10,734 bases of DNA from positions 1 to 10,734 of the forward strand of contig JBHGNT010001237.1 in the NCBI GenBank assembly GCA_043228905.1, written 5' to 3'. The number at the start of each line of letters is the position of its first letter. Positions within the stretch are counted from its first letter, which is position 1. The DNA comes from Azolla caroliniana (taxonomy: Eukaryota > Plantae > Polypodiophyta). The position numbers and the translations under genes are program-made. Under the pieces are notes generated by a model. It was not told the origin of the DNA. It was given only the letters and a program-made list of their open reading frames with translations, and did no database searches. Of the stretch, positions 9,526-10,734 are shown piece by piece.

Positions 9526-9658
9526 CCTTTGGGATGCAGCAAATGTATTTGGAACAAGGGAAGGATTGGATGGAGATTCTCTGACGACTGGAAGTCCTCT
9601 GGCTGAACCACCACTGATAGATATGATTAGCAATGATCCCGTGCTTTGTGGTGTTAAG
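9526..9658 (+). CDS. ISA1: ISA1 exon 10
   Basis: ttcag|C; LWDAANVFG...TTGSPLAEPPLIDMISNDPVLCGVK; donor AAG|GTTTTT. Confidence 0.92.
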
Positions 9659-9793
9659 GTTTTTTTAGCCAAAGATGCTTCTATCAGTATTGATACTATA
9701 AAAATACTTCTACACATTATTGATGCTATGCAAATACACATTATTATGCAATATCCCAAATGTATGTTTAACAATATGACTGTTTCTTAACAG

Positions 9794-9880
9794 CTTATAG
9801 CTGAGCCGTGGGATTGTGGAGGGTTGTATCAAGTGGGTAATTTTCCACATTGGGGTTTATGGTCAGAATGGAATGGACAG
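9794..9880 (+). CDS. ISA1: ISA1 exon 11 (GH13 region III, acid/base Glu codon 9803-9805)
   Basis: aacag|CTT; [29 protein letters not shown]; donor CAG|GTGTGA. Confidence 0.95.
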
Positions 9881-9966
9881 GTGTGAACTTTGGAGAAAAC
9901 AGCCAACATACATGTATGGGACTATATTTTCAATTTGCACCAATTAATTGTAGGAAAATGTTACAG

Positions 9967-10059
9967 TTCCGTGACACTGTTCGCCAATTCATAAAAGGAA
10001 CTGATGGTGTTGCTGGTTCTTTCGCACACTCTCTTTGTGGATCTCCCCAGATTTATCAA
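9967..10059 (+). CDS. ISA1: ISA1 exon 12
   Basis: tacag|TTC; FRDTVRQFIKGTDGVAGSFAHSLCGSPQIYQ; donor CAA|GTAAAC. Confidence 0.94.
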
Positions 10060-10127
10060 GTAAACATTGAACCTACTCCCCTCCTGTGTGTGCTGGATAT
10101 TGGTTTTCTGAACACTTTTTAGTACAG

Positions 10128-10286
10128 GATGGAGGTCGAAAACCATGGCATAGTGTGAACTTTGTGACTGCCCATGATGGCTTTTCGCTCGCAGATCTTG
10201 TTTCATATAACAGGAAGCACAATGTTGCCAATGGTGAAGATAACAATGATGGAGAGACACATAACAATAGCTGGAATTGTGGAGAG
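10128..10286 (+). CDS. ISA1: ISA1 exon 13 (GH13 region IV, Asp codon 10176-10178)
   Basis: tacag|GAT; [32 protein letters not shown]...HNNSWNCGE; donor GAG|GTATGT. Confidence 0.94.
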
Positions 10287-10332
10287 GTATGTATATTTAC
10301 AGAATTAGGGCCGAAATTTGAACATGTGATTA

Positions 10333-10555
10333 ACTTCTTGAAAACATTAGGACTAAGAGAAAATGTTTATATGTTGCACACATCCAAACCAATTAATTGT
10401 GAAGACTTGATATAGGGATCTTAGAAAAATTCAAACACCGCTCGACTTCTTGAAAACATTAGGACTAAGAGAAAATGTTTGTATGTTGCACACGTCCAAA
10501 CCAATTAATTGTGAAGACTTGATATAGGGATCTTAGAAAAATTCAAACACCGCTC
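10333..10555. repeat. Tandem duplication with 112-bp period, intron 13
   Basis: 10333-10443 versus 10445-10555; 2 internal A/G mismatches. Confidence 0.97.
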
Positions 10556-10596
10556 AATTTGGACTTGTATATGAAGATATTTATCCCGTTATTTTG

Positions 10597-10723
10597 ACTA
10601 TGGGTCTAATATAATATATTGACTCACCAGACAGCCATTCCATTTCCTCGTAATTATTCTTATTGATACTATGGGTCTAATATAATATATTGACTCACTA
10701 GACAGCCATTCCATTTCCTTGTA
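10597..10723. repeat. Direct repeat, 56-bp core with 71-bp period, intron 13
   Basis: 10597-10652 versus 10668-10723; 2 C/T mismatches; 15-bp spacer. Confidence 0.95.
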
Positions 10724-10734
10724 GTACTCTGCGT

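Larger units (their letters stand above)
2526..10286 (+). other. ISA1: Isoamylase 1 (starch debranching enzyme, GH13 + CBM48) gene, exons 1-13, 3' end outside the window. join(2526..2888,3337..3519,3614..3703,5768..5923,6010..6101,6184..6325,7443..7550,8211..8296,9290..9361,9526..9658,9794..9880,9967..10059,10128..10286)
   Basis: Manual splicing at GT-AG sites gives 1764 nt = 588 codons with consistent phases and no stop. Motifs in the expected order: [79 protein letters not shown]1 rather than ISA2/ISA3 rests on recalled ISA1-type segments ([48 protein letters not shown]). Confidence 0.93.

Noticed and set aside
2526-10286. Bacterial glgX or an isoamylase pseudogene
   Set aside because: The fragmentation is fully explained by phase-consistent GT-AG introns, and the catalytic residues are intact.
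10333-10723. Repeats as a CRISPR-like array
   Set aside because: Only two copies of each long unit, no series of unique spacers, and a eukaryotic intron context.

Overview
AT-rich, intron-containing land-plant nuclear DNA. Most of the window (2526 to the right edge, + strand) is the 5' part of a plastid starch-debranching isoamylase gene of the ISA1 type (GH13 with an N-terminal CBM48). I spliced 13 GT-AG exons by hand into one stop-free 588-codon frame that keeps all three catalytic residues; the gene continues beyond the window. Upstream (1-1788) is a pile of LTR-retrotransposon debris: a minus-strand Ty1/copia 5' LTR, PBS and broken gag, apparently interrupted by a second LTR that is itself interrupted by a third. 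Intron 3 holds a clean 386-bp non-autonomous hAT-type element with an 8-bp target-site duplication, and short direct duplications (4, 5, 19, 56, 75 and 112 bp) recur through the window. I found no convincing new biological system. The best leads are the hAT element, the LTR nest next to the promoter, an ISA3/GlgX-like catalytic motif in an otherwise ISA1-like protein, and several competing splice acceptors. All alignments were done by eye and no database searches were run.
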